A stretch of DNA of 64,000 bases from Akkermansiaceae bacterium (GCA_965657795.1 CBFHQJ010000014.1:923-64922); one strand, 5' to 3'. Positions 54,190-63,308 are shown, counted from the stretch's first letter. Numbers and translations: made by a program. The notes: generated by a model not told the origin, from the letters alone.

Positions 54190-55508
54190 AGAGAAATCAT
54201 TCCGTTGCTATCGCCGAACTTTTCGACTTTCACGCCAGCTTTGTCGAGTAGCGTCAGGTGTAAATTCGCAAGTGCAGTCGGCTCGTCGAACTGGAGATGA
54301 CGCCCGCCTTTCACTCCGCCTGCGGCTCCTCCGGCAACAATGACGGGGAGGTTTTGGTGGTCATGAACGTTGGGATTGCCCATGCCGCTGCCATAAAGGA
54401 AAAGCGAATGATCAAGGAGCGAACCACTCCCGTCGGAGGTCGCTTTCATCTTCTCAAGGAACTCTGCAAAGAGCGAAACGTGGAAGGCATTGATCTTCGA
54501 CATGCGCTCAATCTTCGCGGCGTCGTTTCCGTGGTGGGAAAGCGGGTGGTGCGGATCAGTGACCCCGGTCTCGGGATAGACCCGGTTACTCGTCTCGCGG
54601 GCCAATTGAAAGGTCGTGATCCGGGTGATGTCCCCCTGGAAGGCCAGCAGCTGAAGCTCAAACATGAGACGGGCATGATCACGATAGGAAGCCGGGACAC
54701 CGTCGGGACGATCCAGATCCGTGAGCGCTTCGTCACGGGTCGCGGCTTCGGCTTTTTGAATGCGGCGCTCGATTTCGCGAACCGAAGTCAGGTAGTCATC
54801 GACCTTCGAACGATCAGCGGGGCCAAGCTCACGCTTCAGGCTTTGCAGATCGTTGTTCACGAAGTCGAGAAGGCTCGCCTTTTTCTTCAAAGCAGATCGA
54901 CGTTGCTGCGCGCTGCCACCTTCTCCAAAAAGGCTCTCAAAGATCAGTCGTGGATGAGCCTCGGCTGGAAGCGGGGTTGTCGGCGAAGACCATGATAGAT
55001 TGTTCTGATAAACGCAGGCGTAGCCATTGTCGCACTGTCCAACCGTCTGCATGAGGTCCATTGACATCTCAAGCGAAGAGAGCTGCGTTTCCTTCCCGAT
55101 GTGCTGGGCCGCGATTTGATCTACGGTCGTTCCAAGAAAATAATCCGCACTTTCGGTTTGCCGGGCTTGCGCCGCGCTCAGGAAGGCCGAGTTGGACGTG
55201 GCGTGTGTCCCGGGATAAGCAGGCTGCAATTCCAGGTTCGAAAAAATGTTCACGTGTTCCCGAACCGGAACGAGGGAATTTAGAATGGGCGAAAGTTCGT
55301 CGAGGGTGTCCTTGCTCTTCGGAGTCCAACGGGAGAGATCACACCCCATCGGCATGAAAACAAAGCCGAGACGCTTAACCGGTTTCGCAGCCGTCAGCTT
55401 GGCCGCTGTCGCCGCCGGAATCATGGCATCAAGCAAGGGAAGAGCGACTGCGGATCCGAAACCCCGGAGAACGGTGCGCCGGGAGAGAGCTTTTTTGGTA
55501 ATGATCAT
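54186..55508 (-). CDS. DUF1552 domain protein (Tat-signal)
   Basis: The N-terminus 'MIITKKALSRRTVLRGFGSAVALPLLDAM' is the characteristic DUF1552 opening. 440 aa. ATGA overlap with the upstream DUF1592-type gene. Confidence 0.75.
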   Translation of the reverse strand: MIITKKALSRRTVLRGFGSAVALPLLDAMIPAATAAKLTAAKPVKRLGFVFMPMGCDLSRWTPKSKDTLDELSPILNSLVPVREHVNIFSNLELQPAYPGTHATSNSAFLSAAQARQTESADYFLGTTVDQIAAQHIGKETQLSSLEMSMDLMQTVGQCDNGYACVYQNNLSWSSPTTPLPAEAHPRLIFESLFGEGGSAQQRRSALKKKASLLDFVNNDLQSLKRELGPADRSKVDDYLTSVREIERRIQKAEAATRDEALTDLDRPDGVPASYRDHARLMFELQLLAFQGDITRITTFQLARETSNRVYPETGVTDPHHPLSHHGNDAAKIERMSKINAFHVSLFAEFLEKMKATSDGSGSLLDHSLFLYGSGMGNPNVHDHQNLPVIVAGGAAGGVKGGRHLQFDEPTALANLHLTLLDKAGVKVEKFGDSNGMISL

Positions 55509-57706
55509 TGTCTCTGTCGATGGGTGAAGGGAGCACTTTGGGTGATCCCCAAGATTAGATCGCTGAGACGATACTCCGGAGCGGCCTTGCGGACAATCTC
55601 GCGGAGCGCAGGAGCATCGAAATACTCCACACCTCTGCCGAGGGCATAAGTTAGCATTTTTTCGCTGATCGTTCTAGCAAAGAGGTCGGGGCGCTCCAGC
55701 AAGGCCTCTTCCAGTGGATCAACGCCGGTGAAGGTCCGACCATCGGGCAGTCCGCCCACGGCATCCACTTCGCCGGTGATGAAGCGGCCAACGGCATCGT
55801 ATTCCTCCAGGGCAAACCCGGGAGGGTCCATGAGCTTGTGGCATGACGCGCACGACTTATCCTGACTGTGTGCTGCGAGCTTCTCGCGCATTGGCAAATC
55901 GTCCGCTACCACGACATCATCCAAGGCCGGGACCTCGGGCGGTGGAGGCGGAGCGGGAGTCCCCAGAATATTTTCGAGCACCCAGTTTCCGCGGATCACC
56001 GGTGAAGTACGGTTCGCATAAGAGGTCACCGTCAGAATACTTCCCTGACGTAACAAGCCACCACGCTGCATCGAAGAGTCAAGTTCAACCCGACGAAACC
56101 GGCTCCCGTAAATATGAGGAATGCCATAGTGCCTCGCCAACCGCTCATTAAAAAAGGTGAAATCAGCCCCAATCAAATCAACCACCTTTCGATTTTCGTG
56201 AAGAACCGTTTGAAAGAGAAGTTCAGTCTCACGCTTGAAGGACTGGCGGAGATTATCATCGAAGTCCGGAAAGAGCCTCAGGTCGGGCGTCACCCCATCG
56301 AGATTTCGAAGTTGTAACCACTGGTTGGCGAAATTGGTCGCCAGCGATTCTGCTCTTGGGTCCGCTAACATCCGTCTGACTTGCCTGACCAAAACCTCTG
56401 ACTTGGAAAGGTCGGCATCGAGCAACTCGTGATCGGGCAAGCTGCTCCAAAGAAAAAACGAAAGCCGCGTCGCCAACTGATGATTTGGCAAGCGGTAAAC
56501 CTCGCCCGCCTCAATCGCTTCCGAATCATTCTCTACTCGAAACAGAAACCTCGGACTCACCAAAATTGCTGCCACCGCCATTTCGAGGCTCTCATCTAAA
56601 AAAGGCTCAATCGCCTTCAAATCCTTTGGAGTGATTTCACGACGGTAAGCCAGCCGCATCAACCCGGGGAGGTCTTTCTCTTCAAAGCGGGGCTTCCCGG
56701 ATTTCGCATTGAAAGGTCCGGTCAAACTCACCTGAAAGATGGCAGGAGCCTGCCTCGGATGACGGTGAAAATTGAACTCGGCATGATAAGGCTGCCTCTT
56801 CGTTTCTAGAACCGAGGTGGGCTTTTTCGGAAAAGTTACGCCAACTTCATGAGTCCCCCCCGGAACCATCAGGCGCACATTGAGGTGGGCATCGACATAA
56901 TCGTGATTTCGGTTCTTCGGCCGCCCAACGACAAAGGATTTCACCGGTTTACCATCTATTAACAACTCAACCTCGTGCTTTCCTCCGATCAATCCCTCCA
57001 CCTCCTCGTTTCGGTCGCGGGCGAGGCGGATTTCAAATTCATACTCGCCATTCACCGGAAAAGTGTGCTCAAAAAGCACCCCGCCCCGCGTCCCGAGCGG
57101 AAGCCCTTGCACATGTTCCTTCTGGCTTCGATCAGCTGGAATCCGAACCACCCGGAGATCGGGCGAGTCATAAGAACTCCCCACCGCAATGCGCGCGATT
57201 TTCTTGGCCGCGCCGAGATAGCGATTCAGCAAAGTCGGTGAGAGTTCACCCACCGTAATGTTGTCAAAGCCATGGCTCGACTCATCCTTCGGCAACATCT
57301 CACCAACCTCGACCGAGACTCCCAGAAGATCCCGGACGGCATTCTGATACTCGGTCCGCGTGAGCCGTCGCATTGCGGGAACCTTCCCAAGCTGCCGCTT
57401 CCGTTTTGCGAATCCATCCAGATAACTCTTCAACCCGGCAAGCATCTCATCATACTCCTGCGAGGACGGCCGATCCTTTTTCGGAGGTGGCATTTGCCGG
57501 GAATCCATCCGCAAAATGGCATGCTCCCAAACCTCCCAATGCTTTGCTGGATCCGCATCGACAATCTCTCCAAGATCCAATCCACCCTTCGTGATCCCGT
57601 CGCCATGGCAATCAATGCAGTAAGTCTCCACAAAATCCGCCACCGGAGGCTTCGCTTGAAGAAGTCCAAGCGCAACCACGTTCAGCAAAGTCAATCGAAT
57701 CATCAT
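55505..57706 (-). CDS. DUF1587/DUF1592/DUF1595/DUF1588/DUF1585-type protein with an N-terminal CxxCH motif
   Basis: 733 aa. 'ETYCIDCHGDG' near the N-terminus and a second 'CASCHKLMDPPGFALEEYD' near the C-terminus. This is the usual partner of DUF1552 proteins in PVC genomes. Confidence 0.7.
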   Translation of the reverse strand: MMIRLTLLNVVALGLLQAKPPVADFVETYCIDCHGDGITKGGLDLGEIVDADPAKHWEVWEHAILRMDSRQMPPPKKDRPSSQEYDEMLAGLKSYLDGFAKRKRQLGKVPAMRRLTRTEYQNAVRDLLGVSVEVGEMLPKDESSHGFDNITVGELSPTLLNRYLGAAKKIARIAVGSSYDSPDLRVVRIPADRSQKEHVQGLPLGTRGGVLFEHTFPVNGEYEFEIRLARDRNEEVEGLIGGKHEVELLIDGKPVKSFVVGRPKNRNHDYVDAHLNVRLMVPGGTHEVGVTFPKKPTSVLETKRQPYHAEFNFHRHPRQAPAIFQVSLTGPFNAKSGKPRFEEKDLPGLMRLAYRREITPKDLKAIEPFLDESLEMAVAAILVSPRFLFRVENDSEAIEAGEVYRLPNHQLATRLSFFLWSSLPDHELLDADLSKSEVLVRQVRRMLADPRAESLATNFANQWLQLRNLDGVTPDLRLFPDFDDNLRQSFKRETELLFQTVLHENRKVVDLIGADFTFFNERLARHYGIPHIYGSRFRRVELDSSMQRGGLLRQGSILTVTSYANRTSPVIRGNWVLENILGTPAPPPPPEVPALDDVVVADDLPMREKLAAHSQDKSCASCHKLMDPPGFALEEYDAVGRFITGEVDAVGGLPDGRTFTGVDPLEEALLERPDLFARTISEKMLTYALGRGVEYFDAPALREIVRKAAPEYRLSDLILGITQSAPFTHRQRQ

Positions 57707-58082
57707 TGTGAGTGGCCAGCCTTATCAAGTGACAGATGAATTGGCAACATGAACAGACCCATCGAGGTAAACCTGTTTCTGCTCGAAACGAAGAAATGAA
57801 TGGATCTTACCGAGCCGCCACACCGCCCCTTCTTTTCTTCTGGTTCAACCCTCTCAACCTCAGACTCCAACAGCTAAAATAAAAACAGCAACGCACATCC
57901 GCTTCCTTGGAGCAGCCCTTTTTTCAGCAGGTGGATCCAACCAAACAGACCTGACGCCTTACACCTGCGCGGATGGAACGGTCATTGACCCTGACAATGG
58001 CGGATTTGTCTCGGAAGTGCCGACATGACCGATGTGACCGGGCGAAGGCGGCACCGTGAGTGGCCTAGCTGATCAATTTAAA

Positions 58083-59234
58083 CTACCTCGCTTTGGGGAA
58101 GTTCTTAAGGATATCGGAAAGATCATCGGATTTCTTTCGATTGCTTTTCTCCTTATCTTTGGGAGAGGGTTCACCATCAAGAGTCTCCGAGCGTTTCGCC
58201 GGAGTCCTGCCATTCGAGTTGGTGGAGACAAAAGCCGATTTCCCCTTGCCGACCAGAGGTGTCGGATCATTTTCAAAGGTTCGATAATCCATCAAGGGAT
58301 GCTTGATGGAGAATGCGTTCCCCATCAATACTTCTTTCTTTGTCTTCCCGGCGAAGATATTTCCAGGCTCCGTTTCGGAGATCAAATTGAAGGAGGAAAA
58401 AGGACTGCCTGATTGAGCCGCCTCAATCTGGTCGGAATCAAATCCGAGTTCCTCAAGCCGATCGCGATGAGCTTGCCGCACCACCTCATTCACCGAACCC
58501 GGGGCCTTTTCCATCTCTGCGAAAAGGTCTTTTGCAAAATTGGCCTCTTCAAGCAGGTCTTCGGCCGAAAGATATCCGTTCGCTGCATGGAAGATTTTCC
58601 CCTCCGGTGTCAGGAAAAGCGTCTGCACATTCTGCCCTCCCACTCCACGGGTACAGCTCCCGGGCAGATCATCCGGCTGATGCCAGATCGATTTTCCGGC
58701 CGTCGGATCGCCAGTCGTATTTGTAAAGGTATTCACGAAGTCCTGGTTGAGCAGGCTGCGAACTTTGCGGTCTGAGAACGACACGGTTCTCATGGTATGA
58801 CCGGCACTTCACATCCCGTCATCCAGCTTGCCTAAAACGCGGAACCACATCACCGGTCGATCGCCGCCCGCACCTCCGTTCGCCTGTTCGAGGGCGTCTT
58901 CGATCTCCGGCTGCCAGGTTATTCCATGCAGCTTAATCGGCCCGCCCCCTTTCTGCCTTGGAGCCGACTTCGGGGCATGCTCATCGACATAGGCCTGATC
59001 TTTGGTGCTCAGCTTGGAAAGCGGCACTTCGACCAACCTTGAATCGTCCTTCCTGAGGGTCACTTTGCCGGTGATGGAATTAAATGATACTAAGGAGGCT
59101 TTCACGGAATACTTTCCGTCCTCGCTCGACCACTGTCTGTGGGCTTCCCCGGCTGTGGCAAAAAACAAGCCTAGCCCGAAGGCCGCTCCGCCCACAAGGA
59201 GCGATCTTAGTTTTGGATTTGATAGTGTTCTCAT
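58083..59234 (-). CDS. Secreted SHD1-like + thioredoxin-fold protein with an in-frame TGA (58809-58811) at the redox-Cys position; candidate selenoprotein (alternative: pseudogene)
   Basis: ATG 59234 gives the signal peptide MRTLSNPKLRSLLVGGAAFGLGLFFATAGEA. SHD1-like 'WSSEDGKYSVKASLVSFNSITGKVTLRKDDSRLVEVPLSKLSTKDQAYV'. Then '...DRPVMWFRVLGKLDDGM-TGA-SAGHTMRTVSFSDRKVRSLLNQDFVN...'. ORF-track pieces 58809..59432 and 58083..58793 are in the same frame, separated by TGA + 5 codons. Confidence 0.5.
58774..58791 (-). other. SECIS-like hairpin 17 nt downstream of the in-frame TGA
   Basis: mRNA sense: GAGAAC (58791-58786) / CGUGUC / GUUCUC (58779-58774), a perfect 6-bp stem with a 6-nt loop. An outer GGUC...GACC pairing is possible across an asymmetric internal loop. 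Confidence 0.4.
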
Positions 59235-59389
59235 AGTTTTAATGGGATTTAGAGCAGCCAGAAACCGCCCTTCACAGCAGAAAGCGGCAGGCTCCCGAAA
59301 ACACATCTGCACCAGACAGAAAAAATTCTGCCGACACTCGCCGCAACCTTGCACCTTTTGAAGAAGTGTCGCCTTTGATAGTCTAACCC

Positions 59390-61322
59390 ATGCTTGCTGG
59401 CTTTTTTTGTGTCGTTTTCCTGGGATTGTCAAGTCTCATCATCGGCTGCCGGGACTGCGAAAGAAAAGCTGCGATTCCTCCCGGTATTGGAAAATCAGAT
59501 CAAGAGTCGCTGGATCAACGGATCGATCAAATCCCCGCCGTTGCTTCTCCAGGCGTCGGGATGAATCAGGCAGAACAAGAGCTTGGCTACAAAATCCAGA
59601 AACATGGAACGGCTGCCGCCGATGCTCTGGTTCCGCTCCTTACAACAGATGACGAAGATATTTACGACCTCGTCGCGTATTGCATCAACGATCTTAATGC
59701 GGACTACCTCAAACCGCGTCATCTTGACCCTATCGCGAAAGCTGCTCGTCAGAATCGCAGTTGGTTGCCCAATGCCATCGCTGACATCAACACACCCGAA
59801 GCGATTGAATTCCTCGCCAAGGATTTCCGCCGTGCTCCGCAAACCATGGCACAAATCGACAATGCGCTGGAACGACGCGCTCCCGAATCGATCCTCCCGC
59901 TCATCCGTGAATTCAGGCAGGCCACTGAAGCTGAAACTGAATTCATGGATGCCCTTGTTCCTCTCTTCAAAGACTGTGGCACACGGGCAAGTGAAGCGGT
60001 CGCTCCGCTCCTTGAGATTTCCCTTGATGAAACCCAAGCCGCCTTCCGAAGACTTGCCGCGATCAAGCTTCTCGGAGCCATTGGGCCTTCTTCCCGAACC
60101 ACATTTCCCGAGTTGCAAAAACTCGCCAAAAAAAATCAGGATGTTTTTGGGGAACCAGTTCAGGATGCCATCGCCAGCAGCCGCACTCCCGAGGCCGCTG
60201 ACATCCTCCTCCCGCCAGTGATTTCCGCCACACGCGCGGAGCAAAACTACTATGCTCTCGGAGATTTCGCCACTGAACTTGGACACGCCGCTAAACACCT
60301 CGCACCTGAACTAGCTAAACATCTCAATGACCCCGACCCATACCTTCGCCTCGGTGCCTGTCGCTCGCTCGGCCATCTTGGCGATCCAAGTGTCTGGCCC
60401 CAATTGATCGAGAAACTTGAATCACAGAATTGGCAGATCGCTTATTCCGCGGTTCTTTCACTGACTCAACTGGGAGCGGTCGAAAGCCAACCGGCCCTCG
60501 AAAAATGTCGCGACCACTATTAGTTCCCCCGGGTCAAACATGCCGCTGACTATGCTCTCCGCAGACTCGCTGGAAAAGAGCCCACCAAGCTGGATTTTGA
60601 GAGACTCGGAAGCCCCTTCAACACCTCCATCGAAGACAGCTACAGCACCTTTGATTCTGAAGACAGCACACTTTGGCCCCTCAATGACCTGGGCGAGATC
60701 CCTCTGGCTACCGGTAAGAATAAAGGCCACCTCGAACTCTATTTTGCGCTCCCTCCAGATGACGATTTTTGGATCGAAATTCGCGAGCAGAAAAAGGGGG
60801 ACGGATGCTTGCAAACGGGCTATCCCGAAATTTTCCAATCCCTGCTCAGGACAATGCTGAAAGTTGGAAGAACAACGACTTAAGCGGCCCCTGGATCCAG
60901 ATGATCAGATTCAGGAAAACGACCTTTGTTTTCCTAGGTTCCCATGGAGAGAATCGAGGCGTTTATATCATCGAAAATGGACAACCACCCAAGAAAACCT
61001 CCTCGGAAATCACGAAATCAATGACACTTTGGAACGATGAAATCGTTCTGACTGAAGGGTCGAGACATATGGGAATAGACATTGGAAATCTTCACCGGAT
61101 TTTGAAGAAGGACGGAGTTTGGACCGTCGATCCCTGGCTGCCCCTGCCTGGCTGCCCCTGCCTGGCTACCCTGAATCCTCCGGCATCCTGAAGAACGGGA
61201 GACTCTTTGCCAATTGCAGCGACGGCGCGATCGCCCTGACGAAAGATGGTATTCTTGAATACCTGGGATCAGGGACAGAACCCAAGCCCGACCAATCTTT
61301 CTTACCAGCTCTAGGCGACTGA
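59390..61322 (+). pseudogene. HEAT-repeat lipoprotein with a C-terminal extension, carrying three lesions: in-frame TAG (60521-60523), a frameshift (~60840-60880), and a 14-bp tandem duplication (61134-61161)
   Basis: Lipobox 'LSSLIIGC'. HEAT-like repeats run up to '...ALEKCRDHY*FPRVKHAADYALRRLAGKEP...'. The frame stays open for about 120 further codons after the TAG with no start codon. The protein-like sequence then continues in frame 1 (SWKNNDLSGPWIQMIRF...VWTVDPWLPLPG), and after the duplication in frame 3 (YPESSGILKNGRLFANCSDGAIALTKDGILEYLG...*). Confidence 0.6.
61134..61167 (+). repeat. Tandem direct repeat CTGGCTGCCCCTGC x2 plus a partial third copy (CTGGCT)
   Basis: 61134-61147 and 61148-61161 are identical, and 61162-61167 repeats the first 6 nt. 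Removing one 14-nt copy restores a continuous frame: ...VDPWLPLPGYPESSGILKNG.... Confidence 0.85.
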
Positions 61323-61773
61323 CTACAGTTCTCAAAAAATCTTAGCTAATCCAGGGAATACCGGACTTACCTTGCCATTCTCCTCGCGACCAGGAGCCGG
61401 CCGGAGGCCTGCTGCCTGATCGATCGTTCCTGAAGTAGCGTTGCGACGGCATCAACACTAACCGCCAACCGGGAGCCTGTGCGCTTGGCCAGCTCATCGG
61501 GAACCGGGAAAGCATCACCAGCGCGGAGCTTGCCACATTACATCGCTTCGTGGGCCATCGCGACGATCTCAGCGGCGGAACTTGCCGTCCGCATTTAGAT
61601 GGGCCGGAACATGGCATTCCGTCTGATAAAAACTGCGGATTCCGGGAAGGCGATGGTTGGTCATCATGAGTGGGTTCATCTTTCTTTAATGGGGAAGTGT
61701 TCATGAGAGTCTTCGACAGGCTTCCTATTCCGGATTCAAATTTCTGAGGATTCCCTTTTATTTTTCATGGAAT

Positions 61774-61803
61774 AAAAAAAGCCAGCATCGCTGCCGGCTT
61801 TTT
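61774..61803 (-). terminator. Bidirectional-looking intrinsic terminator downstream of the sigma/anti-sigma operon
   Basis: A7 (61774-61780), then GCCAGCA/TCGC/TGCCGGC (61781-61798; the stem has one A-C mismatch), then T5 (61799-61803). On the minus strand the hairpin sits 33 nt after the anti-sigma stop and is followed by U7. Confidence 0.55.
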
Positions 61804-61831
61804 GAAGGAGAGATGATATTTGGATTCCGCT

Positions 61832-62638
61832 TCAGGAGGTCTTCGCCAAAGCAACCACCACCTCTTGTTTGGAAACGACCACTCCTCCGGGTTGTTCCAG
61901 CGTAATGACAAAAGCTTTGGGATCATTCACGACGAGAGGATTACGAATCGGAATAATCGTAGTCCCATCGCCGGTCGGAATATCAAACACACCACCGTCG
62001 ACAGGCTTTTCATACCGGCCGGGATCTACGATCCAGAGCTGGTATTGCTTCGCCGTCGGTTCATTGGCGGGAAGATTGGTCAGAGTCATGTAACCCTCCT
62101 GCATGGAATCACTCCAAACGACTTTCCCGCTCATCCCTTCGTAAGCCTCAACACCGCCGAACTCAGACTCGACGATGTCATTCGCCTTGCCGAGCAGCGA
62201 CTGCATCGCTTCAGCTGGCGAAGGTGGCGAAGGTGGAGGATTATCGGCAGTTTCTCCCTGCGACTCAGGCGCTGAATCCATCATAAATTTTCCGACCAGC
62301 AGAATTGCCAGCACCGCAGCAACCAGCCAGGCCGTTTCGGAATCACCGGCAATCTTACGCCAAATCGAAGGACGGACAACTTTCTCCTCTTCCGATTCAG
62401 GCAACACGAAGTCCGACATCCCCGCCTCGAGCTCTTTGAGGAGATTCCGGGGAAGTTCCTCTTCGTTTTCAAAATTTGATTCGAGGGCAGCCGCCGTTAT
62501 CTCCAGCGACAAGTCAACCTCACAACGGGGATCCTTCGAAAGCTCTTCCCACTCCGCCAATTCGGCGGCATCGAGATCACCGAGAATCCGGCCGGCTTCG
62601 AGCTCTTCGAATCGGTCTAAAATTTCCTGATCGTGCAT
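61832..62638 (-). CDS. Anti-sigma factor, RskA-type (zinc-finger-less N-terminus, TM segment, extracytoplasmic RskA domain)
   Basis: TM segment 'TAWLVAAVLAILLVGKFMM'. The C-terminal 'KQYQLWIVDPGRYEKPVDGGVFDIP...VITLEQPGGVVVSKQEVVVALAK' is typical of the anti-sigma-K RskA C-terminal domain. The ATG overlaps the sigma gene by 22 nt. Confidence 0.7.
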   Translation of the reverse strand: MHDQEILDRFEELEAGRILGDLDAAELAEWEELSKDPRCEVDLSLEITAAALESNFENEEELPRNLLKELEAGMSDFVLPESEEEKVVRPSIWRKIAGDSETAWLVAAVLAILLVGKFMMDSAPESQGETADNPPPSPPSPAEAMQSLLGKANDIVESEFGGVEAYEGMSGKVVWSDSMQEGYMTLTNLPANEPTAKQYQLWIVDPGRYEKPVDGGVFDIPTGDGTTIIPIRNPLVVNDPKAFVITLEQPGGVVVSKQEVVVALAKTS

Positions 62639-63222
62639 GGCTTTGGGTTGGAGGTGGTTTGATCGCCGTCGAGTCGGCGAAGTTTGTTTCGCAAGTCGAT
62701 CAATCCGCGCCGAAGCCGCGTTTTCACAGTGCCAAGAGGCAGGCCGGTTTGCTCGACAATTTCGGGGTGGGTCATTCCTTGTTCAAAGTGGAGTAGGAAA
62801 AGATGGCGGGTCTCTTCAGGCAATTCCTGCAACGCGGCCTGCACGTCTGCGCTCTCACATTGCAAGCTTGCAGTGGATTCAACCGAGGCCTGCGGGAGCG
62901 AATCAGCCTCCGGAAGTGGTTCCAGGAGAGGTCGCCGACTCTCCTTGCGAACAAAGTCGATCGCCCGGCGCCGCGCAAGCATGCCGACGAAAGTAGTCTC
63001 GGTCGCGATCGCCGAATTGAACCGCTTTGCAGACCTCCAAAGATCGGTAAAAGTTTCCTGAACAACGTCCTCCGCAGCGGAGTGGTCACGCACATGTTTT
63101 CTGGCGATGGACCAGACGAGAGAGCCCAATTTGTTAATGCACTTTTCCATGGCTTGCTCGCTTCCTCCGGCAACCTCCAGGAGGATCCCGCTATCTGACG
63201 AAGCTTGAGGTCGATCAGTCAC
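62617..63222 (-). CDS. ECF-type RNA polymerase sigma-70 factor
   Basis: Region 2: 'AEDVVQETFTDLWRSAKRF...TFVGMLARRRAIDFVRKE'. Region 4: 'LPEETRHLFLLHFEQGMTHPEIVEQTGLPLGTVKTRLRRGLIDLRNKL'. A GTG start at 63222 is needed to include the 'LLEVAGGSEQAMEKCINKLGSLVWSIARK' helix. Confidence 0.85.
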   Translation of the reverse strand: MTDRPQASSDSGILLEVAGGSEQAMEKCINKLGSLVWSIARKHVRDHSAAEDVVQETFTDLWRSAKRFNSAIATETTFVGMLARRRAIDFVRKESRRPLLEPLPEADSLPQASVESTASLQCESADVQAALQELPEETRHLFLLHFEQGMTHPEIVEQTGLPLGTVKTRLRRGLIDLRNKLRRLDGDQTTSNPKPCTIRKF

Positions 63223-63256
63223 TAACGGCGGAAGGCTATCTCGGGGCGGGAATGTG

Positions 63257-63292
63257 TCGACCCCGGATTCCGTGAAAGGACTCCGGGGTCGG
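63257..63292 (-). promoter_or_regulatory. Strong hairpin between the fasciclin gene and the sigma factor gene
   Basis: TCGACCCCGGA (63257-63267) pairs with TCCGGGGTCGG (63282-63292): 10 Watson-Crick pairs + 1 G-T. The inner loop can add TCC/GGA. There is no U-tract on the transcribed (minus) strand. Confidence 0.4.
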
Positions 63293-63308
63293 TGGGGGGA
63301 AGATTGGC

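Noticed and set aside
60458-60860. ORFs 60540..60860 (+) and 60458..60838 (-), listed in the track downstream of the HEAT gene.
   Set aside because: The unlisted frame 2 is a direct continuation of the HEAT gene after its TAG and gives a much more protein-like sequence (FPRVKHAADYALRRLAGKEPTKLDFERLGSPFNTSIEDSY...). The listed ORFs are probably shadows of it.
61342-61704. A 120-aa minus-strand ORF and other short open frames in the 61323-61770 gap.
   Set aside because: The sequence is Pro/Ser/Arg-rich with no motifs. A 77-codon plus-strand open frame there (…LIGNRESITSAELATLHRFVGHRDDL…) lacks a start codon and any recognisable domain. The region may be an eroded gene remnant, but I cannot support a call.
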